Shown piece by piece: positions 51,430 through 62,969 of a DNA stretch of 64,000 bases. The position numbers were made by a program, and so were the translations under genes. The notes under the pieces are model-generated. The model searched no databases, was not told the origin of the DNA, and saw only the letters and a program-made list of their open reading frames with translations. The stretch's first letter is position 1, and each line of letters opens with the position of its first letter. The stretch comes from Malacoraja senta (Eukaryota), in the NCBI GenBank assembly GCA_038087875.1, contig CM075990.1, forward strand, positions 8,310,001-8,374,000, read 5' to 3'.

Positions 51430-51856
51430 GTCGGTCCTCCGGTCGGTCCGCAATAACTAACCTGACCTCCCGGTGGCTCAGCACTTCAACTCCCCCTCCC
51501 ATTCCGTATCTGACCTCTCTGTCCTGGGTCTCCTCCATGGCCACAGCGAGCCCCAACACCGGAAATTGGAGGAAATGCACCTCATATTCCGCTTGGGCAG
51601 TCTACATCCTCGGGGCTTGAACATTGAATTCTGCCAATTCTGCTAGCCCTTGCTATCCCCTCCCCTTCATCAGCCCACTGGTTGTCTCCTCCCCTCCTCC
51701 AGCCCTCGGGCTCCTCCTCCGCCTTTTTTCCTTTTTTCCTTTCTTCTCCCCACCCCCTATCAGTCTGAAGAAGGGTTTCGGCCCGAAACGTTGCCTATTT
51801 CCTTCGCTCCATAGATGCTGCTGCACCCGCTGAGTTTCTCCAGCATTTTTGTGTAC
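51430..51856 (+). mobile_element. Penelope-like 3' end, second subfamily
   Basis: LPVAQHFNSPSH..RKLEEMHLIFRLGSLHPRGLNIEF; perfect 15-bp TSD tatctaatcttctgg (51415-51429, 51857-51871). Confidence 0.92.
51765..51792 (+). ncRNA. Minimal type I hammerhead ribozyme motif (intact)
   Basis: CTGAAGA-A-GGGT(TTCG)GCCC-GAAACGTT. Confidence 0.75.
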
Positions 51857-53412
51857 TATCTAATCTTCTGGTCCAGTTTTGAGGGTGGAATTTTATCAAA
51901 GCCCTTACTGGCCAATGTAGACTACGTCAGCCTCTGAAAAATACATTCAATTTGGTGAGACAGGATCACTCCTTAACGAAGCCATGCTGACTTCCGCGAT
52001 TAGTACCTGCCTTTCCAAGTGTAGATTAACCCTGTCTCTTAGATATTTTTTTCCCAGAAACTGTCCTGCTACTAACATCAGACTCACAGGACTAAATGTA
52101 ACTCTAATCTCGGTGTCCTCCTTGAATAAATGCATCACATTTGCTGTCCTTCAGTCATCAGCAGTGGCCAGAAAAGATTAAAAAATCCCTGTAAGGTTCC
52201 CAGCAATCTCCTCCCTTTTCACCTGTAACAGCCAGGACAGCATCACATCAGACAGGGGATTTAGTCACCTATAAGCCTGCTAAGACATAATCCTCCTTTT
52301 TGAAGTCATGGTGAATGTGTGGCAATGAAAATGATTCTCGTGTGGTACTGGAATCATTATCTTGGCGGGGTCTACAACAACTTCACAGAATCCTAAAAAT
52401 GAGGCAGAGCTCCTTTAACATGACATTGTGTTCAGCTCAGATAATGTGCGAGCTCTATCTCTCTAACCTTAAACTGCTTATTGGTGGTTTAACAGCTTTG
52501 AGTTCTTAATGTATACTACTCCAAGCCTTCTGTCTAATGGTAATAAAAATAAAATAGAAACTATATAAAGAAACACTTCAAAAGTAGTGGAGAGAAATAA
52601 AAATGGGAATGATAGGAGTGTTCTTTGTTTCATCATGATTCAAGTGGCTGTGATTGAGAAGGGTTTTCTGCTTCCGGGGGGGGGGGGGTCGTGTCTGAAG
52701 CTAATAACAGCAGTTTTGCTGAGTCTCTGTGGGTCTTATTCGAGAGATCCAAGCCAATCTACTTCAAACACCCACAAAATTTCATTAACGATGCTTTGCA
52801 CGTGCCTCCGTATATTTTCATTTCTACTTGTCAATTTCTAAATGGATTTGTTTTTAATTCCTGAAAAACATAAGGTGTTTGTCAATGAGAATTGGGCTTT
52901 TTTTTTTTGTTTCTGGTTTTTCTCATTGTAATTTGATTGTTGTAATTACTACTTTCACTCAATTTCCCTCCTTGTTCGAGGGAATTTTGTACTGATGCCA
53001 CAAATTAAAGCAATTTCGCTACAATCTTCCTATAATTGCAAAAGGTTGCGGGTTCAAGTCCTGGCAGGGTGCAATCATTTGTCTGAGATAGATTGCAGGA
53101 GCTTAGGGAGGAGAGAATTGTATTTATGTAGCATGTTATAACGTCTTTTAGGATGCCGAACATTCAAGGTATTGCTTATCTGCTTGGCTTTGTTGGCAGA
53201 TGAAACACACAAGATTTCAAATACAGCAAGGAGACAAAGTTTAAAAAAATCATTTTTTACTATGTATACACCCATCAAGGGAGCTCAATATTCCTCTATG
53301 AGGGTTGTTGAAGAAATTCCATATGTTCACCTGAATATCCAAAGGAAGACACGTCTGACAGACCAGTATTCCTTCACTAGTGTGCTGGTGTGATGATAAT
53401 TAGTGAGCTTAA

Positions 53413-53650
53413 AGGGCCTGTCTCACTTTCACAACCTAATTCACGACCTCTGCCGAGTTTGCCCTTGACTCATACTCACAGCATGGTCGTCACGAGGTCG
53501 TATGAGGTCGTAGGTAGGTCGAAGGTAGGTCGTGATGCTAGTCGTAGGTACTCGTGGCATCAAGTAGGTCGGGGCGTTTTTCTAGCCTGATGAAAAATGT
53601 CCACGAGTAAAAAAGGTTGTGAATTAGGTTGTGAAAGTCGGACAGGCCCT
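53413..53650. mobile_element. MITE of the agggcctgtcccact-TIR family
   Basis: ~35-bp imperfect TIR, ttaa on both sides, internal ggtcgt repeats. Confidence 0.9.
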
Positions 53651-53882
53651 TTAAGTTGGCAGTTGATACCATGGGCAAGTTATTGGACAAGCGGTTGACG
53701 ACTGGATCTTTGATCTGAAGACATGACTTCAAATCCAACAATGGGAGCTGGGGAAATTAAATTCAAATAATTAAATACATTAGGAATTAATTTTATGAGA
53801 TAATCACTGGACTGGCTAACACAACGCTACTGAATTGGTGGAAAAAATGCATCGTTGCTACTTATATCCTTCGGGAATGGGA

Positions 53883-54191
53883 TTTAGATTTAGAGTTACA
53901 GTGTGGAAGCAGGCCCTTTGGCCCATTGAGTCCCTAGTCACTGATCACCCCATACACCAGCCCTATCCTACACACTAGGGCCAATGTACAATTTGCAATT
54001 TACAGAAGCCAATTAACCTACAAACCTGTACATCTTTGGAGTGTGGGAGGAAACCGGAGCACCCAGAGAAAACCCACACGGTCACAGGGAGAACGTGTAA
54101 AATATGTACAGACAGCACCCGTAGACAGGATCGAACCCGGGTCTTTGGTGCTGTAAGGCAGCAGCTCTACCACCCCGCCACTGTGCCACCC
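53883..54191 (-). mobile_element. HE1-type SINE
   Basis: Full reverse copy. Confidence 0.9.
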
Positions 54192-54444
54192 TAGAATCTG
54201 CTGTTCTTACCAAGTTTAGCCTAATGAGATTGTTCTTTGGTTTAGGGAGAATTAGGGTGGATAATTGCCAATGTTCACATTCTGTGGAGAAATCAGCTCA
54301 TGAGAAGGCACGGAGTATGGCTTATTGCATGCACAAATTGTGATCGTACAGGTCAAAGCAAGTCAACTGATAGGTGGCTGGAAAGGAAGGGAGGACTGCA
54401 ATTGTGGGGAATTGTTCTCATCCAATGGCCATGTTGTCAAAATG

Positions 54445-54640
54445 TAAAGGAAAACACAGTGTTGGAGTAACTCAGCAGGTCAGGCAGCATCTCTGGAGAA
54501 CATGGATGTTTTGGGTTGGGACTGAAGAAAGATCACCTCCTGAAATGTCACCTACCCAGATCTTCCAGAGAAGCTGACGAGTTACTCCAGCACTTTGTTT
54601 ATTATTAAATAACCAGCATCTGCGGTTCCTTGTTTCTACA
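54445..54640. mobile_element. Palindromic Penelope-derived element (older)
   Basis: tggagtaactc / gagttactcca arms, central ctgaagaaag...ctgaaatgtc. Confidence 0.75.
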
Positions 54641-54999
54641 TTTTTACTTTTTGTGTGTTGTCTGAGTCTGTGTGCCTGTGATGCTGGATGTTTGGATGGA
54701 TGATTGATGATGAAGATAAAACCATGGGGAAACAGAGGGTGCACGGGAAAGCTGATAGGTCAAGAAAATCTATTTTGTGGTAAGATAAGGAACATGGGCT
54801 AAGTTGATGTGCAGGACATGTGTTGCAGTAGGGTTGAATCCTTGGCTCTGTTGCAGTGGAGTTTAGTAGCAGTGTTGGGCTTAATACTGGAAAGGATTGG
54901 GAGTACATGATCATGGATATGAGTGTGTTGCCCATTTTAAGTCCAATTTTATTATTGCCATTATATTATATTACCGTGGATATTGCTGTTTGAAACTTA

Positions 55000-55321
55000 G
55001 GGCGGTCACGGTGGGGCAGCGGTAGAGTTGCTGCCTTACAGTGCTTGCAGCGGCGGAGGCCCGGGTTCGAACCTGACTAATGGGTGCTGTCTGTACGAAG
55101 TTTGTACGTTCTCCCCGTGACCGCATGGGTTTTCTCCGAGATCTTCGGTTTCCTCCCACACTCCAAAGACGTACAGGTTTATTGGAGATTAATTGGCTTG
55201 GTGTAAATGTAAAAAATGTCCCAAGGGTGTATTGGGTAGTGTTAATGTGCGGGGATCGCTGGTCGGTGCAGACTTGGTGGGCCGAAGGGCCTGTTTCCTC
55301 ACTGTATCTCTAAACTAAACT
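55000..55321 (+). mobile_element. HE1-type SINE
   Basis: Full copy. Confidence 0.9.
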
Positions 55322-56110
55322 CACCAATTGCATTTGCCACGCTTTGTGTGTTTACTTGCATATATTCTAAACTAGTATTTAGATTCTTCTTGGTCTCCGT
55401 ATTGAACTGATATCCAGTAGTACTACTTCCTTCCCACACTCTGCCTACTCTCACCACCTACCCATTCTCACTCACTTATGCTCATTAATCCTCATTATGT
55501 CTACATGCTTCTGATAATTTAATTTGAGTTCACCCCAACTACACAAGTCGTGGGTGACTCATGCCAGGAATGGTCGGAACAGAATTTGGGAGTGAAGTCA
55601 TTGTATTTTACACATGGTAATGTCGATCCTCAGTCTAATAACACTGAAAATGCAGGTTTATGCAATTGACTTTCAAGTCCACTCTGCTGCTCTGCAGGTT
55701 GTAGTTTATCTCCGTGTTTGGATAATGTTCATTAACTATCTGACCTTCCCTCTCCCAGGTTTGATGTTATCAGAGTTTGTGATGTGTTTCTGGCCACAAA
55801 GTGCCATCCTAAGTACCTGTTCTCTTGTAAAATGTCTGGCTGCATCTTGGGGCAGCACCGCAAAGGTAGATCGAGTATCTCCAGGCAGTGTGTTGTTTAT
55901 TTAAGTACATCAGTTGCATACCAATGCTCAATGGGCTTCATGGTCTGTTAGCGCCAATATGCTACATTCAGTAGTGGCTACTGAGCAGGCAGTGAGGATG
56001 GTCCAGGGAGTCTGGTCGGCACAGTGATGCAGCTAGTAGACCTGATGCCTCACAGTTCCAGCGACAGGGGTTCAATCCTGACCTTGGGTGCTGTCCGCGT
56101 GCAAGTTCCC

Positions 56111-56584
56111 AATCACAATAATGCTTTATTAGCCAAGTATGTTTTGCAACATTCGAGGAATTTCATTTGACAAGTCAGTCATACAATAAAAAGCTACGGA
56201 ACACACCAAATACATTTAAAAATAAACATCCACCACAGTGACTCCTCTGCATTCCTCACTGTGATGGAAGGAGAAAATAAGTTCAAATCTCTCCTGCAGT
56301 CGGGGGCCTCGAGCCCTCCGTTGATGGGACGATCTTGACTCCCGTAGTTGGTGGTTGGACCCTCCGCATCGGGGCAAATAGCTCCTGCATCGGGGGGATG
56401 TCAGCTCCCCCGCGCCGGTGATCGAACCCCGCGTCGGGGCTGGTCGAACCTCTGCGTCATTGGAACTCCTGACTAGCCTCTCCTGAGACTGCGAGCTCTT
56501 GATGGTAAGTCCGCAGGCACTTACCATCCGTTGGAGCAATCCCAGACAAAGGATCGGCTCCGATGTTAAGTCCACGCCCCTGCA
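56111..56584 (-). mobile_element. GC-rich retroposon 3' end inside an old HE1-type SINE (~56015-56960)
   Basis: Reverse match to 31545-31742; followed by a CR1 tail at ~56595-56760. Confidence 0.7.
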
Positions 56585-57147
56585 TAACTTGGTTTCATAG
56601 AACATAGAACAGTACAGCACAAGAGCAGGCCCTTCTGCCCACGATGTCTGTGCCAAACATGATGCCAAGACCATCTCTTGCCTACGTGCACATAATCCAT
56701 ATGCCTCCATTTCTGGCATAACCCTATGCTTATGCAAACGTTTCTTGAATGGCATTATCATTTGTTCCCACTTTTTAAGGATGTGCAGGTTGGTGGATTA
56801 ATTGGCCCTGTAAAATTGCCCCTACAGTGGTTAAGTAGAATCTGGAGTGAGTTTAGGGGACTGTATTATGGAATGTAATAGAAGCATAACATGGGATTAC
56901 TGAAACTAGGTGGATGAAGGTCGGCACACTCGGAAGGTCCCTTTTTAATGTTGTACAATTCTACGAACAGCAAGCATTGTACTTTGGTGCCAGATCCTGC
57001 AGCGACCACGGTACCTGAGTTGCAGAATGTGGCGTTGCTCTTTAGAGTGTAGATCAACGTGTAAAAGATTTGTTATCCTGAGTTTCAAGATACTTCAAGA
57101 TTTTAGGCCGAATGGCCTTGTTCTACTCCTATCACTTATGACCTGAT

Positions 57148-57555
57148 CAGAATTGAAGGATGTTCTTTTAGGAAGGCGATGAGGAGAAATTTCTTTACTC
57201 AGAGGCTGGTTAAACTGTGGCATTCTTTGCCACAGCAGGCTGTGGAGGCCAAGTCAGTGGATATTTTTAAGGCAGAGATAGATAGATTCTTATTAGTGCG
57301 GGTGCCAGGGGTTATGGGGAGAAGGCAGGAGAATGGGGTTAGGAGGGAGAGATAGATCAGCCACGATCGAATGGTGGAGTAGACTTAGTGTTAAAGAAGG
57401 AACTGCAGATGCTGGGGTCTGAAGAAGGGTTTTGGCCCGAAACGTTACCTATTTCCTTCGCTCCATAGATGCTGCTGCACCCGCTGAGTTTCTCCAGCAT
57501 TTTTGTGTACCGGTGGAGTAGACTTGATGGGCCAAATGTGCTAATTGTGCTATTT
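57148..57555 (+). mobile_element. CR1 3' fragment
   Basis: Matches 1173-1602; interrupted at 57387-57511. Confidence 0.88.
57387..57511 (+). mobile_element. 125-bp hammerhead mini-element
   Basis: Perfect 14-bp TSD ggtggagtagactt (57373-57386, 57512-57525); motif at 57419-57446. Confidence 0.9.
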
Positions 57556-57769
57556 GCGAGTTCCATTTTCTCACTGCTCTTTTGAGTTCCTCACAGGATC
57601 ACTTCGGATAGACAAAACATTGCAAACAATCATACCTGTTAGTTCCACCATCTCACCATTAAACGGACAAAGAAACTTAATTTGCCGAAAGTGCCCCACT
57701 AACCTTTTTAGCCTCAGCCCACCAGTGATATTCCTTTTGTTCCAACCACCATCCCCACCTTCTCATTAG

Positions 57770-57955
57770 TGATTGGAGCAGAATTAGGCCATTTGGCCCA
57801 TCAAGTCTACTCCGCCATTCAATTATGGCTGATCTATCTCTCCCTCCTAACCCCACTCTCCTGCCTTCTCCCCATAACCCCTGACAACTGTACTAAACAA
57901 GAATCTATCTATCTCTGCCTCAAAAATATCCATTGACTTGGCCTCCACAACCTTC
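57770..57955 (-). mobile_element. CR1 3' UTR fragment
   Basis: Reverse complement of the neighbouring CR1 subfamily. Confidence 0.85.
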
Positions 57956-58769
57956 TCACCTGCTGTATACCAACTTCTTTTTCTCTCTTATCCCAGCCTT
58001 ATAACATTAACAGTTTTCCTTTCCACAAATGCTGCCTGACATTTCCAGCTTTCCAGAAAATGTCCAGCTTTCTGTGTCCTTATTTTGCACCAGCTAATGC
58101 TCGGGATGCTGTAGCTAAAATAGAGAGCGAGCGGTGGAATGTATCTGTGTGGGCGTGCAGGGAACAACACAAAGTGATTGATGCTTCATTTGATTGTGCA
58201 GTCATATTTCAATGTCCTATGAGCAGGAGCAGACACAACTTATATTAATCTAACAAAATACATTTTGTTGCACATCTATTATCCACACCATCGACGAGGC
58301 TGAACACCACATTGTCATATAAACATAATATCTCCAAAACGAGTCTCACCTTTAATTTGACACATACCTAATGCCTTTTCTGAAGAATGCTACAATTTTA
58401 TGACTCTCTAGTGAAAAGGCTCTGATGAGCTTGAAGTATCTACAGTTGTAAAGCTCCTTATCAGATTGATTAAATCAGGAAGATTAAAGTCACATGTTCA
58501 TTGATTCTGACCTGATCTTCGGTTCGTCTCTATGAATTCCTATCACCGAGATCTTGTATTAAGAAGCATTATATGAAGCTGGAGGATTCTTTTTTGTATA
58601 CTCATTTGATCTGCATAATGGCTTTCCACTTGGCACACATATCTCCCTCCCATGCCCCCCCCCCACCCCCCCCCCCCCCCCCCGCTCCTGAAGATATTCG
58701 GCAGTTTATCTGTTTCATAGCCATTCCAAACTACCATGTGATTGAGAGACCAGGGAGGTGATCACCGAT

Positions 58770-59070
58770 ACGGTGGCGCAGCAGTAGATTTGCTGCCTTT
58801 ACAGCGCCAAAGACCTGGGTTCAATCCTGACTATGGGTGCTGTCTGTATGGAGTTTGTACGTTCTCCCCGTGAACTGCTTGAGTTTTCTCCGGGAGCTCC
58901 AGTTTCCTCCCACACTTCAAAGACGTATAGGTTTGTAGGTTAATTGGCTTGGTAAAATAGTAAATTGTCCCTAGTGTGTGTAGGATAGCATTAGTGTACG
59001 GGGATCTCTGGTTGGCTCGGTGGGCTGAAGGGCCTGCTTCCGTATTTCTGAAGTAAACTAAACTAAACTA
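58770..59070 (+). mobile_element. HE1-type SINE
   Basis: Full copy. Confidence 0.9.
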
Positions 59071-59097
59071 TAACCATGTTGGTCATGCCCAATTGTG

Positions 59098-59428
59098 TTA
59101 GTTTTAGTTCAGTTTTAAAGTTTAGAGATACAGCGCAGAAACAGGCCCTTGGGCCCACTGAGTCCGCACCGACCACCGATCCCCGCACATTAACACTATC
59201 CTACAAACATGAGGCACAATTTTATATTTATACCAAGCCAATTAACCCACAAAATTGTACGTCTTTGGAGTGTGGGAGTAAACCGAAGATCTCGGAGAAA
59301 ACCCACACGGTCACGGGGAGAATGTACAAACTCTGTACAGACAGCACCCGTAGTCAGGATCGAACCTGGGTCTCTGGCGCTGTAAGTGTTGTAAGGCAGC
59401 AACGCTACCACTACGCCACTGTGCCGCC
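59098..59428 (-). mobile_element. HE1-type SINE
   Basis: Full reverse copy, tail-to-tail with the previous one. Confidence 0.9.
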
Positions 59429-60241
59429 ATATTCTCACAAGGACGTTGATATGTCACAGATCTCCGTTCAACTCCGTCCCTCCTCAACATGCAAGGAATA
59501 CTGACACCCTTCGTAGAGACCCCATGTTGTGGCTGCAGGCAGAATTGATCACCTCAACACTAATAGCACCTTTGCCCAGTAACATATCGGATGGTTAACT
59601 TGCTATCAGAGACGAAGCATATATCGGTATTTTGCTTTGTCTTCCTAGGTTGAGTTGATATTAGCCAAAGGGTTTGTGTTCAACGGACCAGTAGTATTGT
59701 CCTTGTGTGTCGCTACCCATTTAAAATAAGCATCCATTGTACAAATTCTTTCTGCATCTGAATACTTCTGATGAACTTTCCTTCTAATTTCTTGTATAAA
59801 ATTCCTATGGTTGCTTTTTTTTTGCCTCCAATGGTGAAGGGGATAAATAACGTTTTGCAACCACACAGTTTTCTTTTGCCTTCGTGCTCTGTTACTGAAA
59901 ACAAATGACACGTCAGTTCATACAAGACTCTGAACTGCCTTTCCAATGGACTTTTCACGTTGTGGTATAATTTGTCTGTTGTTCATTGCCCCTGAGAAGA
60001 TGGCAGTGAACTGACTTCTTGAACCTTACTCTGAAGATTCTCCTTCAGTGCTGTTGGATAAGGGATTCTAAAATATAACTCCAGTGAACAATGATGGACC
60101 AGCAATATAGTTCTAAAGCAGAAGAATAGGTGACTTAGAGGGAAACAAAAACAGTAATGTTCTAGCCTTTGCATTTCTAAGTGTCAGAGATGACAAGTTT
60201 GGGCAGTGCTATCAAAGTAGCCCAAGTGAATATGTGCAATG

Positions 60242-60333
60242 GTACACAAAAATGCTGGAGAAACTCAGCGGGTGCAGCAGCATCTATGGAGCGAAGGAAA
60301 TAGGTAACGTTTCGGGCCGAAACCCTTCTTCAG
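60242..60333 (-). mobile_element. 92-bp hammerhead mini-element
   Basis: TSD atatgtgcaatg (60230-60241, 60334-60345); starts exactly at CTGAAGA. Confidence 0.9.
60306..60333 (-). ncRNA. Minimal type I hammerhead ribozyme motif (intact core)
   Basis: Reverse strand CTGAAGA-A-GGGT(TTCG)GCCC-GAAACGTT. Confidence 0.7.
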
Positions 60334-60727
60334 ATATGTGCAATGATGTTCTTTGTAGACGACACATCTTGTAAACGAGAAGTGGAGTGAATGAATGAAG
60401 TAGCAGTCAAGGAATGTCAGCTTTCTATGGTGTTATGGTCATTAACTTCTACTAAGCCAGTATATCTACAGGCCAGTGGATAGTGTTCTTTTACAATCTT
60501 CATCTTTGTAGATGGTTGAAAGTCTCTGGGGTGTAAAGAGGTGAATCACTTGTCACAGAATACACTTGCAGTATTTATGTGGCTGATACACAGATTTTCT
60601 AGTCAGTTGGGTACCCTTGGAGATTATTGTGGCTAATGATGTGATGTGGTGCTATTGAATACCAAGGGAATGTGGTCTCTTCCCTGATGCAGATTGTCAA
60701 TGGCATGAATGTTACATGGTGCTAATA

Positions 60728-61167
60728 GTAGTAGTACGCCCCCCTCGATCATGACTGACCATGGGTGATGCATCCTGGTCGGATGCAAGCCTGGGCGATG
60801 TCAAATGGAGGACAGGCTGTTGCCCATGCAGCACGTCCCGCCTCTCCACGTCACTGATCGATCCAAAGGAACAGCAGGGCCATTACAGTTTGGCACCAGC
60901 GCCGTCGCAAGAGCTGCCAGAGCGAGGTTGTAGACAACGACTACAAGTAGGGGCTCCGACTCCGGATTTTCTTGAGGTTTACTCCTGGAGCCTTTTCCAT
61001 GACTGGATATGGCCACAAGGCAGTGGAGGTTTTAAATCAGAGTTTTCCCCCTCCTAGATGGACTGCCTTCCCATGCTGACGAGTCCCATCTGCCCGAGAC
61101 TCGTGGGGGTGGGAGCGTCTACCTTCCCATGCAGGTCTATAGCACCTGCCCACTGCCCAGAACTTTA
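60728..61167 (-). mobile_element. 440-bp non-coding retroposon, probably RTE-derived
   Basis: 10-bp TSD ggtgctaata (60718-60727, 61168-61177); (cta)n tail; RTE-like leader ggcagtccatctaggag..ggaaaactctgattt. Confidence 0.65.
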
Positions 61168-61361
61168 GGTGCTAATATTATTACGGTATAAGCCAATACC
61201 TGAATATTGTCTACGTTTTGCATGAGTTGCTGTATCGTGTGATGAGTTATCACTTCTCACTGCATGTGGGATGGCCACCTGTGTAGGAAGGAACTGCACG
61301 TGCAGGTTTATACCGAAAATAGACACAAAATGCTGGAGTAAGTCAGTGGTACAGGCAGCAG

Positions 61362-62247
61362 TTTCGTTTAGAGATACAGCGCGGGAGCAGGCCCTTCGGC
61401 CCACTGAGTCCGTGCCGACCAGCATTCCCCGCACACTTATGCCACTGTCCCACTTAGGAAACCTGAACGGAAACCTCTGGAGACTTTGCGCCCCACCCAA
61501 GGTTTCCGTGCGGTTCCCGGAGGTTTTTGTCAGTCTCCCTAATGGTCGAAAGTGGTTTCCGCTTCTTCTATGTTCCGGCGATTATTTCAAAAAATTCAAA
61601 ACCGGCCGCGACTAAAAATAGGTTGCCGTTTTAAAAATCGGTAATTTTTTAGTCGAAGCCGGTTGCGATGCTAGTTGAAGGTGGTTGCCGGAGGTTGCAG
61701 GTAGTGGAAGGTAAGAACATTTTGTCACCCAGTTTAATTCCACCAGGGAGGTCTTACCTTCCACTACCTGCAACCTCCGGCAACCACCTTCAACTAGCAT
61801 CGCAACCGGCTTCAACTAAAAAATTACCGATTTTTAATACAGCAACCTATTTTTAGTTGCGGACGGTTTTGAATTTTTTGAAATAATCGCTGGAACATAG
61901 AAGAAGCGGAAACCACTTTCGACCATTAGGGTGACTGACAAAAACCTCCGGGAACCGCACGGAAACCTTGGGTGGGGCGCAAAGTCTCCAGAGGTTTCCG
62001 TTCAGGTTTCCTAAGTGGGACAGGGGCATAACTCTATCCTACGCACACTAGGGACAATTTACAATGATACCAAGCCAATTAACCTACAAATCTGTACGCC
62101 TTTGGAGTGTGGGAGGGAATCAGAGCATGCAGAGAAAACCCAGGCAGGTTACGGGAAGAATGTACAACATCCATACAGATAGCACCCGTAGTCAGGATCG
62201 AACCCGGGTTTCTGGCGCTGTAAGGCAGCAACTCCACCGTGCTGCCC
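61362..62247 (-). mobile_element. HE1-type SINE split by a palindromic MITE
   Basis: ccccgcacac|insert|ctctatcctacgcac. Confidence 0.88.
61440..62028. mobile_element. Palindromic MITE with ~280-bp arms
   Basis: 61437-61716 is the near-perfect reverse complement of 61752-62031; ctgtcccact termini; tta/taa flanks. Confidence 0.95.
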
Positions 62248-62584
62248 TCTACTGGCAGTGAGGTTGGAGATGGACCCAATCATGTTCCTAGACATCTTGT
62301 TCAATTTGCCGAACTGGTTGGATGATGCACATTATGTATCTGCCACCCTTCCTCCAGAAGAACGTGGACTAGTGTACATTCGACAGTGGCACCATCAGCT
62401 TGGGCCTCGCGCCTGATCAACCATGATATTCAGCGATCTGAACTGATGTAAGAAAGTAGAACAGTAAATGATCATGGTAGCACTTCCATTTGGGCATATC
62501 TGGTGAGATCATGCTAACTCCTGTCTTGTTTCTTGGTTTAGCCCACATGGCACAGGTCTTAACTATCAGCTCCGTATTGATGGA

Positions 62585-62895
62585 TTGATTGAACGATACA
62601 CCATTGAAACAGGTCCTTTGGCTCACCGAGTCCACGCCCACCAGCAATCACTCGTTCACACAGGTTCTATGCTATCCCACTTTTGCATCCACTCCCGACA
62701 CACTAGGGATAGTTCACAGCAACCAATTAACCTCCAAACCTGCCATCACTGGGATGTGGGGGGAAGTCAGAGCACCTGGAGGAAACCCACATGGTCACAG
62801 GGAGAACATGTAAACTCCACATGGACAACCCCCGTGGTCAGGATCAAACCATCTCTGGTTCTGTGAGGCTGCAGCTTTGCATCTGTTCCAGTGTC
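62585..62895 (-). mobile_element. Older HE1-type SINE
   Basis: Degenerate reverse copy. Confidence 0.75.
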
Positions 62896-62969
62896 GTTGC
62901 TTTCCAAGGCTTCCTGCCCACTTTGATGTAAAGAACCTGCCTTTAAGGGACAATTTGAACCACTTTTTA

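Larger units (their letters stand above)
49914..52290 (-). mobile_element. Old CR1 ORF2 remnant hosting later insertions
   Basis: Reverse NKFTDYTNLGG (split at 50840-51197) and NLHLERQVLIAE fragments. Confidence 0.65.
59985..60717. repeat. Old interspersed repeat, probably LINE-derived
   Basis: Similar to 3910-4270. Confidence 0.45.

Noticed and set aside
53041..53075. ggttcaagtcc as a tRNA gene
   Set aside because: Isolated B-box/T-arm without a cloverleaf; likely an old SINE head
55759..55865. Possible 107-nt exon
   Set aside because: Good acceptor but weak donor (gtagat) and unrecognised peptides
61076..61100. Plus-strand ctgacga...cgagac as a hammerhead
   Set aside because: No GAAA box and no convincing helix II
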